Positions 8,071-17,330 of a stretch of DNA of 64,000 nt are shown here, piece after piece. The position numbers and the translations under genes are program-made. How positions within the stretch are numbered: the stretch's first letter is position 1; each line of letters starts with the position of its first letter. The DNA is from Fimbriimonadaceae bacterium (GTDB lineage Bacteria; Armatimonadota; Fimbriimonadia; Fimbriimonadales; Fimbriimonadaceae): NCBI GenBank assembly GCA_025455775.1, contig JALOLT010000001.1:4444-68443 (forward strand). Reading direction: 5' to 3'. The notes beneath the pieces are model-generated. The model ran no database searches. It was not told the DNA's origin and saw only the letters and a list, made by a program, of their open reading frames with translations.

Positions 8071-9993
8071 ATGGTCAATGTTGCCCTTGTCTGTGTCTCC
8101 GCTCTTGCGTCGCAGCCTCGCGAGATCCAAATCGTCGTTCCGCCAGGGAAGATGAGTCAAAGTCTCCGCGCTCGGGTCGACGAACAGATCTCGAATCGTG
8201 ACGGAGAGGGCAAGGTTCGAATCCTCTTTCGCCGTGGTGAGCATGTTCTCGACAACGGCCTGCAAATAAACCGGTCAGATGTCGAGCTTGTGGGTGAGGA
8301 GGGAGCAACCCTGAACGTCGGGGTAAGTCTCAAGAATTGGCGTCCTGTCACGCGTCCAGAGATACTGAACCGACTCCCGGAATCGGTTCGAACCAGGGTT
8401 CGAGTCGCAACTGTGCCAGGAGACGGGGAACTACCAGGCTTTTCCAAGCGGGGCTTTGGGAACACGACTTCGCTCGCTCATGCGGAACTCAGCCTGAACG
8501 ATGTCCCTTCCCAGCCAGCCCGCTACCCAAACGTGACAGGCACTGGATCATTCGAAAAGGAGGGGTGGCTCCTGACGGCAGAAGCAGCGAACGGCAAAAT
8601 CACCGTCCCAAACGACCGGCCTTCTAAATGGGAGAACCTCAGTGACGTCTGGACTTATGGTTACTGGCAGTTTGATTGGGCCGACTCATACGAGCCAGTA
8701 GCATCCTACGACCCTCAGTCGAGAGTTCTGGCCTTTTCCGGTGAGCCATCGCAACCAATCCAAGAGTTTGGCATTGCAAAGTCTCGAAGGTTTTTCTTCT
8801 TACACGTTCTGGAAGAACTGGATCAAGTGGGAGAGTATTGGATGGATCGTTCGAGAAGAGAAGTCTACGCGATTCTGCCAACCGGAAACGTAAGGGCTGA
8901 GATTAGCCTGAGCAGCGACCCGGTTGTGCTCGTTCAAGGGGCCAACAATGTAACGATCCGAAATCTGCGCTTTGTTGGAACAAGGGGAGTGGGAGTCTCG
9001 TTTCTCGAAGCCACCGATTCGTCCCTTCGTGATAGTGTCGTCCTAAACTCCGGCATGATGGGAGTTTCGATCAAGGGGGGCAAGAATGTTCAGATTGTCG
9101 GGTGTCAGGTCAAAGGGGCTGGCCAGTCTGGAGTTGATGTCTCCGGGGGGGATCGGCGCACTTTGACTCCCAGCAACCATCTGATTGAAAACTGCGTCAT
9201 CGAGAAAGTTTCCCGATGGAATCGCACCTACAACCCTGCTGTTCTGGTGAATGGTGTCGGACAGATCGTGCGGGGATGCACCCTCCAGGATCTGCCCCAT
9301 ACGGCAATTCTCTTTGGCGGAAACGATCACTTGTTTGAGAAAAACCTAGTTCAGCGAGTTTGCAAAGAAACTTCAGACGCAGGGGCTTTTTACATCGGGC
9401 GCAACTTTACGACTCGGGGCACCATGATTCGCTGGAATCATTTTCGCGACTTCGAGCTGCGTGTCACAACCGAAGGCAACTGGCACATGGTTGTGGCAGT
9501 TTATCTGGACGATTGTCAGGCAGGAATCTCTATCGAAGGGAACATCTTCGAAGCCAAAGCTCGCAGTGTCTTGATTGGCGGAGGCCGTGACAACCGTGTC
9601 ATTGGCAATATCTTCCTGGACTCAGACCCTGCGATTGAGTTTGATGCCAGGGCCAGGGGTTGGGCCGAGAGGCACTTCCGCCAGGAGTGGGACTACCACA
9701 GAGACATTCGCGAGCTCCCAGTGCTCGAGTCACCTTGGAAAGAACGCTATCCCGCTCTGGCAGCGGCCCTCCTGGCGAAGGAAGACCTCACCTACCCTGC
9801 CGGGAACGAGATTTCACACAACGTTTCTGCGGGAGGGAAGTGGCTCGCACTCCATAACGGACTCACAGAAAAGGACGCGAAAATGGAAGGCAACGTCGTT
9901 CTTCCGACCAGGATTTCTTTGGCAGAGGCCCTCGCAAAGCGTCCGAAGACCCTCGCCCCGATCCCAGTCGGTCAGATTGGCGCGAAGAGGTGA
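8071..9993 (+). CDS. right-handed parallel beta-helix repeat protein (pectate-lyase fold)
   Basis: 640 aa. Repeated PbH1-like coils, e.g. NVTIRNLRFVGTRGVGVSF..DSVVLNSGMMGVSIKGGKNVQIVGCQVKGAGQSGVDVSGG. Hydrophobic N-terminus. Confidence 0.7.
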   Translation: MVNVALVCVSALASQPREIQIVVPPGKMSQSLRARVDEQISNRDGEGKVRILFRRGEHVLDNGLQINRSDVELVGEEGATLNVGVSLKNWRPVTRPEILNRLPESVRTRVRVATVPGDGELPGFSKRGFGNTTSLAHAELSLNDVPSQPARYPNVTGTGSFEKEGWLLTAEAANGKITVPNDRPSKWENLSDVWTYGYWQFDWADSYEPVASYDPQSRVLAFSGEPSQPIQEFGIAKSRRFFFLHVLEELDQVGEYWMDRSRREVYAILPTGNVRAEISLSSDPVVLVQGANNVTIRNLRFVGTRGVGVSFLEATDSSLRDSVVLNSGMMGVSIKGGKNVQIVGCQVKGAGQSGVDVSGGDRRTLTPSNHLIENCVIEKVSRWNRTYNPAVLVNGVGQIVRGCTLQDLPHTAILFGGNDHLFEKNLVQRVCKETSDAGAFYIGRNFTTRGTMIRWNHFRDFELRVTTEGNWHMVVAVYLDDCQAGISIEGNIFEAKARSVLIGGGRDNRVIGNIFLDSDPAIEFDARARGWAERHFRQEWDYHRDIRELPVLESPWKERYPALAAALLAKEDLTYPAGNEISHNVSAGGKWLALHNGLTEKDAKMEGNVVLPTRISLAEALAKRPKTLAPIPVGQIGAKR

Positions 9994-9999
9994 AAACCC

Positions 10000-10446
10000 T
10001 CAGGGCTTTGGCTTGCGGTAGCGTCTTGGCTCGGGAACGACCTTGTTGGCATAGACCTTAAAGGCGAAAGCTCCCATGATGCCAAGTGTCAAAACGAAGG
10101 CTCCTAGGATGACAGGCCAAGTCGACGGTTTGTCCTTTGATTCAAGCTCTTTGCCGACTTGTGCCACCGTTGAGGCAGCACTGGCGGTCGGATCTGCCTT
10201 CTGCGCGACGGCTTTCTCGCCTTGTGCCTTGCTCTCTTCTTGCTTTACCTCGGTTTCAAGCTTTTCTGGTTGAATCTGGACTCCACTCGCAGGGGCCACA
10301 GTCGCGTCACTGGATCCTTGCATCTGCTGAAGCTGTTGCTCAGAAAGCTCTCCGTGAAACTTCGCCCCTGTTGGTCTGTCTTCGATGGGAGCAAAGCTGA
10401 GGCAGGCGAGTGCCAGGACTGAGATGCACGCAAAAAGTTTTTTCAT
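10000..10446 (-). CDS. secreted low-complexity protein with C-terminal membrane anchor
   Basis: 148 aa. Signal peptide MKKLFACISVLALACLSFA, then an acidic, Gln-rich middle, then C-terminal TM WPVILGAFVLTLGIMGAFAF with a basic tail. ATGA overlap with the upstream gene. Confidence 0.6.
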   Translation of the reverse strand: MKKLFACISVLALACLSFAPIEDRPTGAKFHGELSEQQLQQMQGSSDATVAPASGVQIQPEKLETEVKQEESKAQGEKAVAQKADPTASAASTVAQVGKELESKDKPSTWPVILGAFVLTLGIMGAFAFKVYANKVVPEPRRYRKPKP

Positions 10447-12401
10447 GGTGTTATTCGGAATCCTCGGTCTTGCCAGAGCCGCTTCGAAAAGCGAGGGCCT
10501 CTCGGAAGCTCAATATCGATGAGCGGACCCCCGGTTCCACGGTCGCGAATTCGCTGGTCGTAGTTCATGATGACTGGGTGACTCCAGGCAGTGATTGCTT
10601 CGTCTTTGGCGATAACGCTTCCATTCACAGTGAATCCGTTGTAGTCCCAACCGACTTCACCCCCAAACATGTTGTTGGTGTAGACGACGCCATCAATTCT
10701 GCTCACTCCGTTTGCTGCAAGGGCGGCATAGGTTGCTGCGGTCGCTGGGTCGTGTTGGAGCAACGACTCATACTTTCTTATTCCATACCCATCGAGGTCG
10801 CTCCCATCAAAAGCAGGAAGAATTGTGCCATCTGGTAGTTTCCTCGCCTTGGTGAAGGGTGGCTTCATATGATTGATCGTGTCTGGATCAAAGTCGGTTG
10901 ACTTTCCAACCATCACGGACCCCCTTGCGCAAAGACCAAGGGCATCGGCTCTTTCACCCTGGGCCTCGATGGCGTCGATGTTGTTCCCCCTGAAGTCAGG
11001 GGCGTTTTTGTAAGTCACGTCGGCAAGAATGTGGACGGTTCTGGTGGTGTAGAGCGTGCCCTGGCCTTCGACAACTCCCGCAATGGCGACATCTCCTTCA
11101 ATCGTCACTGGTCCGTGCACACGAATCGGATGACTAGACGTACCAACGAGCAAGGCACTATTGGGAACGACTCCATTGCTCGAAACGCGCCGGTACTGGT
11201 TTGTGGTGGTGTCCCATACGTCAACAAAGGCACCGGAATAGTTTGGATTGGGAACTCCAGGGGACAGGAACTCGTTCGCACTGGTCGGACTTCCACTGTA
11301 GTTTGGGTTCGGTGTCCCATCCAGGAAAGTTGCCTTTTCATTCCGCCAGGCTTTGCTCTTGGCAAACTGTTGGCCAGCCTCATTGGCTGGATCGGTCGGA
11401 GAGCCAAAGTCTCGAAGATCTGGCATTTCGATTTTCGAAGTAGAAGCAGTGTCAAGAACGCGGTGGCTGACCCGATCCCACTGAGTGATACGACCCTTTA
11501 CGCCATTGGAGTCCCCTAAGACCGCTCCGAAAGTGCGACCATTGACCACGGTCGCCTCGGTAAAGAACAAAAGATCGCGCCACCGTTCGAACTCGGGAGT
11601 GCCGTAGGCACCGTGGATGGCAGGATCATACTGCTGCCTCATGCGAGAACCGTACGAAGCCCCTGTCACTTTGCTGTTGTAGTTCCAGTTGTCGTCTTTC
11701 CAGGGGTAGCTACTGATCGTTCCGGCAGAGGGGGGATCCAAGTCTGTATTGGGAGCCGCGTAAAGCGACCCGTTCAGAGTCAGCTCTCCATTCAGAATGT
11801 CAAAGTCTCCATTCACGCGCCAGTCGCCATTCACAATCATGTTCCATCGGTTAAACCCCTTCACCCAGGAGTAATTGTTGATGAACCTGGCATAGTCGAA
11901 CACTTGTGATCGAGCGAGTTCGATTTTGACAACATAGTCAATCGTCTTTTGGGGATCGCCAGAGTTCAAGGTGCCGCTCTTATCCTGGTCGATCCAACCA
12001 ACGGTTCGAATCGTGACAATCCTGGCGTTTTGTTGGCTTGGGGGAGTGACGATCCCAATCACTCCGGTGGAGTAGTTGCCAACGTCATCCATCATGCCAG
12101 CGACTGTGCCCCTTGGCGACGTCGGGCTTGCTCCAAAGAAGGCACTATCGATTGTGGTCAGGCTCTGACTGGCAGCGAAGTTCCCGTAGTGAACGTGCAT
12201 GAGATGCTGGTAGCCAGACTCACACAGTTGCATTGCTCGCGCCTCTGCGTTGCTGTGTCTTGCCTGGCGGATCGCAGAAGTGGATTGGTCAATGAACGAT
12301 GTCACGGACAAAATCACTAAGCCCATCACTCCCATCGACATGACGAGAGTGAATGCCTTCCTCTTGGGGATCCTCTTTCTTTGGAGTACGTTCTTTTTCA
12401 C
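10443..12401 (-). CDS. large pseudopilin-like protein lacking Glu5 (GspK/PilX-like N-terminus)
   Basis: 652 aa. The N-terminus KRKAFTLVMSMGVMGLVILSV resembles a prepilin leader plus hydrophobic helix, but has no Glu at +5. It lies directly downstream of two pseudopilin genes. Confidence 0.55.
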   Translation of the reverse strand: MKKNVLQRKRIPKRKAFTLVMSMGVMGLVILSVTSFIDQSTSAIRQARHSNAEARAMQLCESGYQHLMHVHYGNFAASQSLTTIDSAFFGASPTSPRGTVAGMMDDVGNYSTGVIGIVTPPSQQNARIVTIRTVGWIDQDKSGTLNSGDPQKTIDYVVKIELARSQVFDYARFINNYSWVKGFNRWNMIVNGDWRVNGDFDILNGELTLNGSLYAAPNTDLDPPSAGTISSYPWKDDNWNYNSKVTGASYGSRMRQQYDPAIHGAYGTPEFERWRDLLFFTEATVVNGRTFGAVLGDSNGVKGRITQWDRVSHRVLDTASTSKIEMPDLRDFGSPTDPANEAGQQFAKSKAWRNEKATFLDGTPNPNYSGSPTSANEFLSPGVPNPNYSGAFVDVWDTTTNQYRRVSSNGVVPNSALLVGTSSHPIRVHGPVTIEGDVAIAGVVEGQGTLYTTRTVHILADVTYKNAPDFRGNNIDAIEAQGERADALGLCARGSVMVGKSTDFDPDTINHMKPPFTKARKLPDGTILPAFDGSDLDGYGIRKYESLLQHDPATAATYAALAANGVSRIDGVVYTNNMFGGEVGWDYNGFTVNGSVIAKDEAITAWSHPVIMNYDQRIRDRGTGGPLIDIELPRGPRFSKRLWQDRGFRITP

Positions 12402-12463
12402 TGGTTCAGGGCACCATGGTCTGGGAGTTCCCCCAGGGGTGATTTCCCTAGGGTGGACTCAAA

Positions 12464-13297
12464 CTAAAACGCTGAAACTGGTCTCCTCGGCGGTGGCGGG
12501 GGTGGCGGCGGAGGCGGTGGTGGCGGTGGCGGTGGTTCAGGTGGAATCACCGGTGGTGGAGGAGGAGGTGGTGGTGGAGGCGGAGGCGGTTCCTCATGCG
12601 TTGGCGGAGGAGGGGGAGGTGGGGGAACATAAACCCAATCATCTACCCAGGGGCCGGGATCCTCGAGTCCTGCATCCGACTGTCCAGTGTGGTTTCGGAG
12701 CTCGATCAGCAGCCTCTTGCGGCCAAAGATCGCATCCTGACCGCTCGAGCGAGTGGCTGTGACAAGGGTCACGTAAAATTGTTTTCCACTCCCCCCGTGT
12801 GACTCAAAGATCTTGTAGGCCGGCGACCCACTCACCATGGTCGGGAGGCTGACCCCTGTGTGGAAAGTCTTCCCACTACCGGCAGCCAGGTAAGGATCGC
12901 GACTCATGACATTGCGAGCCAAAACCCTGGTCGCAGCTCCCTCAATGAGCAAAAGATCGGTTCCCGAGAGTTGAATTCTGCGATTTACTCCGTCCCAGGT
13001 GAGAGGCAGAGTGTATCCGCCACTGGCATCTGTCTGAGGGAGGCGATAGGTGAGGCCCTGTCCGTCCGCATCCAGCACAACACTCAGGGACGAACGCAGA
13101 AGACTTGCCACTTTACGGGTGGCGAGATCACTGTCCCCTTCGGTCACGACCCAGGCACTGCCTTTCTTCCAAGATGCTGCACTCGTGAGCATAGCTGTGC
13201 TGGCAGCATAAATCACAAGGACGGCTGTCCCCCCTGCCGCGAGCATCTCGATGAGAGTGTGTCCTTTCTTTAACTTTGAGCAAGGTTTTTTGATCAT
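12464..13297 (-). CDS. pseudopilin with prepilin-type N-terminal motif and polyproline C-terminal tail
   Basis: The start chosen at ATG 13297 forms an ATGA overlap with the upstream stop. The motif KKGHTLIEMLAAGG matches G-x-T-L-I-E. The C-terminus is PPPPPPPPTHEE-P13-VIPPE-P16-RRPVSAF. Confidence 0.75.
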   Translation of the reverse strand: MIKKPCSKLKKGHTLIEMLAAGGTAVLVIYAASTAMLTSAASWKKGSAWVVTEGDSDLATRKVASLLRSSLSVVLDADGQGLTYRLPQTDASGGYTLPLTWDGVNRRIQLSGTDLLLIEGAATRVLARNVMSRDPYLAAGSGKTFHTGVSLPTMVSGSPAYKIFESHGGSGKQFYVTLVTATRSSGQDAIFGRKRLLIELRNHTGQSDAGLEDPGPWVDDWVYVPPPPPPPPTHEEPPPPPPPPPPPPPVIPPEPPPPPPPPPPPPPPPPRRPVSAF

Positions 13298-13806
13298 AAG
13301 TTTGCCAGTAAGGCCCCGAGCTTTACAAATCTGGTGGTGCTCCCCTCTTGCCAAAAGACGATAACTTCAACCGCTCTGAGGTTTGGGTTAATCTCGCTAA
13401 AGGTTAGAAACGAGCGTCCATAGGGAAGGAGCTTTCCCGCCGAATCCACCTGAGGGTCATCGACCCATGTAGACTCATAAGCTGGATAGCTCGCTGTTCC
13501 AAAAAGCATTGCGCTATGGAGATCGACGACCGTCAGGGAGTCGAGCATTCCGTTGTCAAAGGCTCGCGCCGCGGTCGCGTTCGGGAACCCAAGCGACTTG
13601 GCTTTTTCGATCTGCTTTTGTGCCAGTGCAAGGGCAATATTTGCCTTTTCTGCCTTCGAACGGGAGCCGTTCGCGATCGGCATTGCACCAGAAACGATCA
13701 GACAGCACGCGAGAGCGATGAAGCACCCGATCATCGCTTCGAGGAGCGAAAACGCCTTTGTTCCTTTCCTTCTACCAGCAACTTGCCGTAAGGCCATCTT
13801 TTCCAA
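13294..13806 (-). CDS. pseudopilin (prepilin-type N-terminal cleavage/methylation domain)
   Basis: 170 aa with a TTG start. The motif TKAFSLLEAMIGCFIALACCLIV has Glu at +5, followed by a hydrophobic helix. Confidence 0.7.
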   Translation of the reverse strand: MEKMALRQVAGRRKGTKAFSLLEAMIGCFIALACCLIVSGAMPIANGSRSKAEKANIALALAQKQIEKAKSLGFPNATAARAFDNGMLDSLTVVDLHSAMLFGTASYPAYESTWVDDPQVDSAGKLLPYGRSFLTFSEINPNLRAVEVIVFWQEGSTTRFVKLGALLANL

Positions 13807-13897
13807 CCGATTCTGACCCTGTGTTTGGGGCCAGTCCTAAGGTTCATTATCGGGAGGCGTACCTCTGTTTCTTCACCGACAAAATGCTGGAGCGAAG

Positions 13898-14317
13898 TTA
13901 TTGAAACCTTCTGCCGGGAGTGATTTGTCGGTCTGCCCAGCGACGTAAGGCAAACATCGATCCAAGCCCGATGCCGAGAGCAGCAAGGCCAAAAAGGACA
14001 GGCGCAACCAGGTTCGGACGATCTTCGACCTGTGCCAGAGCCATCAAGTCAGAATCCGAGACAGGCTTAATGGCGACACTGGATCTGCCGACGCGCGCAG
14101 GATCTCTCTGCGAGGGTGGTGAACCTTGTTCAAGTGGCTTTCGCCACTCCTTGCTCGGAGTCAAAGCCTCAGGCTCGGGAATCGTGAGAGCCCTTGCAGA
14201 CTCACTCTTGCGCGTTGGCCTGTCCTCAGCACGGGAAACCTGGCCAAGGCTCGAACAGGCCAGACCCAGGCAACAAAGGACAGCGATCGCAAGCTTCACA
14301 CCATGGATCATTGGCAT
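13898..14317 (-). CDS. secreted low-complexity protein with C-terminal membrane anchor
   Basis: Start taken at the internal ATG 14317, giving MPMIHGVKLAIAVLCCLGLACSS (signal peptide). C-terminal TM VAPVLFGLAALGIGLGSMFAL with a basic tail. The competing plus-strand ORF 13920..14495 is Arg/Ser-rich and looks out of frame. Confidence 0.5.
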   Translation of the reverse strand: MPMIHGVKLAIAVLCCLGLACSSLGQVSRAEDRPTRKSESARALTIPEPEALTPSKEWRKPLEQGSPPSQRDPARVGRSSVAIKPVSDSDLMALAQVEDRPNLVAPVLFGLAALGIGLGSMFALRRWADRQITPGRRFQ

Positions 14318-14439
14318 GCCATCAACTAAATCCCAGGGGGGCAGTTGCAGTGAGCCCCTTCCAACCAGTAAAAATCCTGGGGGGAAGGGGCTGGGCAACT
14401 CGCGAATGAGTTCCGGCTACTTGGCTGGGAGATGGGCGA

Positions 14440-15786
14440 TCAGTTCAGAGTCCACATTTGCGGCCGAGAGATCGTTGGGTGCTCGATCCGAATGACACGA
14501 GTCGTCCGGTTAAAAGCAAGAGGCTTTCTTGTGTAGGGGTCGATGGGAATCGCTTTCAGGATTCCCGATGACTGCAGGTCGTCGAGTCCTTTCGGAATCT
14601 GGTTGAATCGCGCCTGATACAGCCTGACGGCCAAGAGAGTCTTCGCCCCGGTCAGAGTTGCTTCAGCCCGAAAACCTGGATCGGAAATCTTCCCATAGTT
14701 CGGCAGGAAAGAGAGGACGAGGTACTTGCCGTAGGGATTCTTAATCTTGGAGAGCTTTTCTCGGATAGCACTCTTTTGCTTGTCCGTGGTTTGTCCATCC
14801 ACCGAGAAGACCTCTGCCGGAAATGGTCCGATCAGTTCCGGGATTTCGGCGAGTGCCTTTTCAATTGCAAAGTAGTCTTTCGTCAGAGCATCAACGAGCC
14901 GCGTGTAGGTGCTTCGCGCAAGGTCAAGTGTCTCAGCGACGTTCAAGGGCTCGGGATGTCCTGCGAGAAGGGGTCTCCAAAACTCTTCCTCAGGGTGATC
15001 CGTAGGATCAATGGCTTCACCGTCGAGAGCAGCATTGATCGGCATCTTTGCTGGGAAACCCTGGGCGAGGCCACGTGTCACGAAGCGATCATCAAGCTCT
15101 CTTCGAACCGTATCTGCGAGAGTCTGTCTCAGCGATACACGGGCTTCGACCAAGCGCAAGAGTTTTTGGCTGTCTTCTGCAGAAAGTTGCTGCGTGGCTG
15201 CCATTTCCGCAAGTGTGTTGGCATATTGCCGAGTGGCGATGACGCCATCCATCCATTCTGGCAAGGTTCTGGCTGAGGCTAACATCTGATCCGTGAGACC
15301 AGCGATGCGGCTTGCCTCATCATAGACAGCCTGCATATCGCCTTGGCGGACGACAGTTTCGAGGCGGGCCTGGAGCACTCTCGTGTAGGTTTTTGCCAGG
15401 GATCGCGCAGCCCGCGGATCCTTTCCTGGCTGATCTACGCTCCTGTGCCACGTAGGCTTTGCAATGGCCTGATCTATGATCTGGGCGATTGGAGCACTGT
15501 CTGCCAAGAACGTTGCACGCGATCCACGGAGCGTAAAACTAGGCCCAGAGGCCAAGACAGCCCAACCATTCTCGCCTGCCTGCGGTTGTTCATCAGCGAT
15601 TGTGAGCTTGGGGCCAAGGGTTTGACGGATGGTGTCAACCTCTACCGGCTCAACCGTAACTAAAGGTTGGTTCCCGACAGATCTCGCCCACACGATGATT
15701 GCTGTCGCTGCAAGCAACGACACAACTGAAACTCGTCCCACATGTATTTTTCCTGTTTGCATCCTAGAATCCCATCCAACCCCCAT
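14440..15786 (-). CDS. membrane-anchored hypothetical protein
   Basis: 448 aa with N-terminal TM VSVVSLLAATAIIVWA. The C-terminal IPIDPYTRKPLAF recalls the DPWG-type strand of GspG-like pseudopilins, but the resemblance is weak. Confidence 0.6.
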   Translation of the reverse strand: MGVGWDSRMQTGKIHVGRVSVVSLLAATAIIVWARSVGNQPLVTVEPVEVDTIRQTLGPKLTIADEQPQAGENGWAVLASGPSFTLRGSRATFLADSAPIAQIIDQAIAKPTWHRSVDQPGKDPRAARSLAKTYTRVLQARLETVVRQGDMQAVYDEASRIAGLTDQMLASARTLPEWMDGVIATRQYANTLAEMAATQQLSAEDSQKLLRLVEARVSLRQTLADTVRRELDDRFVTRGLAQGFPAKMPINAALDGEAIDPTDHPEEEFWRPLLAGHPEPLNVAETLDLARSTYTRLVDALTKDYFAIEKALAEIPELIGPFPAEVFSVDGQTTDKQKSAIREKLSKIKNPYGKYLVLSFLPNYGKISDPGFRAEATLTGAKTLLAVRLYQARFNQIPKGLDDLQSSGILKAIPIDPYTRKPLAFNRTTRVIRIEHPTISRPQMWTLN

Positions 15787-15957
15787 CGGTAGGCATAGCG
15801 CGTACTACGTGCTCGGTTTGTAAAAGGTTCGGCCTAAACAGGGTAAATCTTCCTAAAAATATGGGGAAAATTCGCTCCCCATTCAATCAATGAATGTTCA
15901 GACCTCGCCACGATTGGCACCAGAGGTAAGCGGGCCAGGGGGAGTAATATCCCTGCG

Positions 15958-16467
15958 ATGTCTTTGATCAACCTCCCCGTGGGAGTCAATGCTCCTCATT
16001 CTGTGAATGTGGTGATCGAAATCCCAAAACACAGTACGAATAAGTACGAGTACGACCCTGAACTGGGAGCAATGAGACTAGATCGCGTGCTCTTTTCCCC
16101 CCTCTTCTACCCGTGGGACTATGGCTTTATTCCTTCGACCAAGTACCTGGATGGCGACCCAGTCGATTGTCTCGTCCTGTGCTCACACCCGACCTTTCCC
16201 GGGGTAGTGGTCGAAGCGAAACCAATCGGAGTTCTGGAGATGGTGGATGGCGGGCTCAGAGACGAGAAACTCCTGTGCGTTGCTGCTAAAGATCCTCGCT
16301 TTGGGAATCGAGCAGGAATGCATGAGGTCAACCCCCACACGCTCGATGAGATCGTCCACTTCTTCGAAGTCTATAAGCAGCTCGAAAACAAAGCGGTGGA
16401 TGTAAGGGGCTGGCTCCCAAAAGAAACAGCGATCGAGATCATCGAGAAGTTCCGCCTGGATCGCTAA
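15958..16467 (+). CDS. ppa: inorganic pyrophosphatase (family I)
   Basis: 169 aa. Typical family I pattern: KYEYD, DGDPVDCLVL, and DEKL..V near the active-site region. Confidence 0.93.
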   Translation: MSLINLPVGVNAPHSVNVVIEIPKHSTNKYEYDPELGAMRLDRVLFSPLFYPWDYGFIPSTKYLDGDPVDCLVLCSHPTFPGVVVEAKPIGVLEMVDGGLRDEKLLCVAAKDPRFGNRAGMHEVNPHTLDEIVHFFEVYKQLENKAVDVRGWLPKETAIEIIEKFRLDR

Positions 16468-16498
16468 GTTGATCCGGCAACCACCGATTCGGCAAAGA

Positions 16499-17281
16499 CT
16501 ACTTCGCTGTGACGCGCACGTCAATCCTGCGATTCTTCTGACGCCCTTCCTCGGTGGCGTTATCCGCTTTTGGGAATTGGGGGCCGTAGCCCTCTGCCTC
16601 AAGCCTTGTGCCATCGATTCCGAGTGTGATCAGGGCGTCGCGGGTGGCATTGGCTCGATCCGTTGAGAGTTTTTGGTTTGTCTCGGCATTTCCCGTATTG
16701 TCTGTGTAGCCGCCGATTTTGAGTTTCACGTCTGGGAAGGCCCGCAATATGGTTGCGATGTTTTCGAGCTGCTTTTGACTCGATGGCCGAATCGTGGCCC
16801 TTCCACTCTCAAACTCGAGGGAGTCAAAGGTAAACCAGGTGGTTCGATCGACTGGCTTGTTCTCGTCTCGGATAAAGGCGATCAACTGGCCTTCGATGCC
16901 ATTGGCGTTGAAGGTGATGTTTGCCCCACCAGGCAAATCCGCATTTGTCTCTTGGGCTGGGGATTTGGTTGGCTCTTCGCTCCTCCGGGCGCTCGTTTCG
17001 CCTGGCCTACCTGCGGCCAGATCTAGCGCGGCGGGAGATGCGAGACCCTTTTTCTTGGGAGCGATGGCGACAGCCTGGAAATCCGAACTATGGCTACTCG
17101 AGGCGTGGCCCTTGTCGCTCTTCTTCTCACCAGCCTTGGCTGATTCTGTGATGACGTAAGCCAAGCCAGCAAAAACGAAAACCAGAAGCGGGATCGCCCA
17201 AAGCCATCTTGACTTTTGGTCGTAGTCCTTGGAGGCAGGAGAGACAGAAGGAGGGTTTTGCTGGATTTCACTCATGGTCAA
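16499..17281 (-). CDS. OmpA/MotB C-terminal domain protein, membrane anchored
   Basis: 260 aa. N-terminal TM WLWAIPLLVFVFAGLAYVI and a disordered linker. The C-terminus GGYTDNTGNAETNQKLSTDRANATRDAL...RRIDVRV is the OmpA_C signature. Confidence 0.85.
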   Translation of the reverse strand: MTMSEIQQNPPSVSPASKDYDQKSRWLWAIPLLVFVFAGLAYVITESAKAGEKKSDKGHASSSHSSDFQAVAIAPKKKGLASPAALDLAAGRPGETSARRSEEPTKSPAQETNADLPGGANITFNANGIEGQLIAFIRDENKPVDRTTWFTFDSLEFESGRATIRPSSQKQLENIATILRAFPDVKLKIGGYTDNTGNAETNQKLSTDRANATRDALITLGIDGTRLEAEGYGPQFPKADNATEEGRQKNRRIDVRVTAK

Positions 17282-17330
17282 GCGCTCAGGTCTTTCGTTC
17301 TCTCATGATACTGAATGAATCCATTCAATC

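Noticed and set aside
8205-8235. T-arm-like GGTTCGAATCC
   Set aside because: It lies inside the beta-helix CDS, the flanking stem does not pair, and there is no cloverleaf.
12478-12640. GGN-rich tract considered as a tandem repeat, CRISPR-like repeat or G-quadruplex
   Set aside because: It is the complement of in-frame Pro codons with mixed synonymous usage. There is no repeat-spacer periodicity. Runs of three or more G are too few and too scattered for a canonical G4.
13920-14495. 191-aa plus-strand ORF
   Set aside because: It is Arg/Ser/Gly-rich without features. The opposite-strand frame has a signal peptide and a C-terminal TM and fits the surrounding minus-strand operon.
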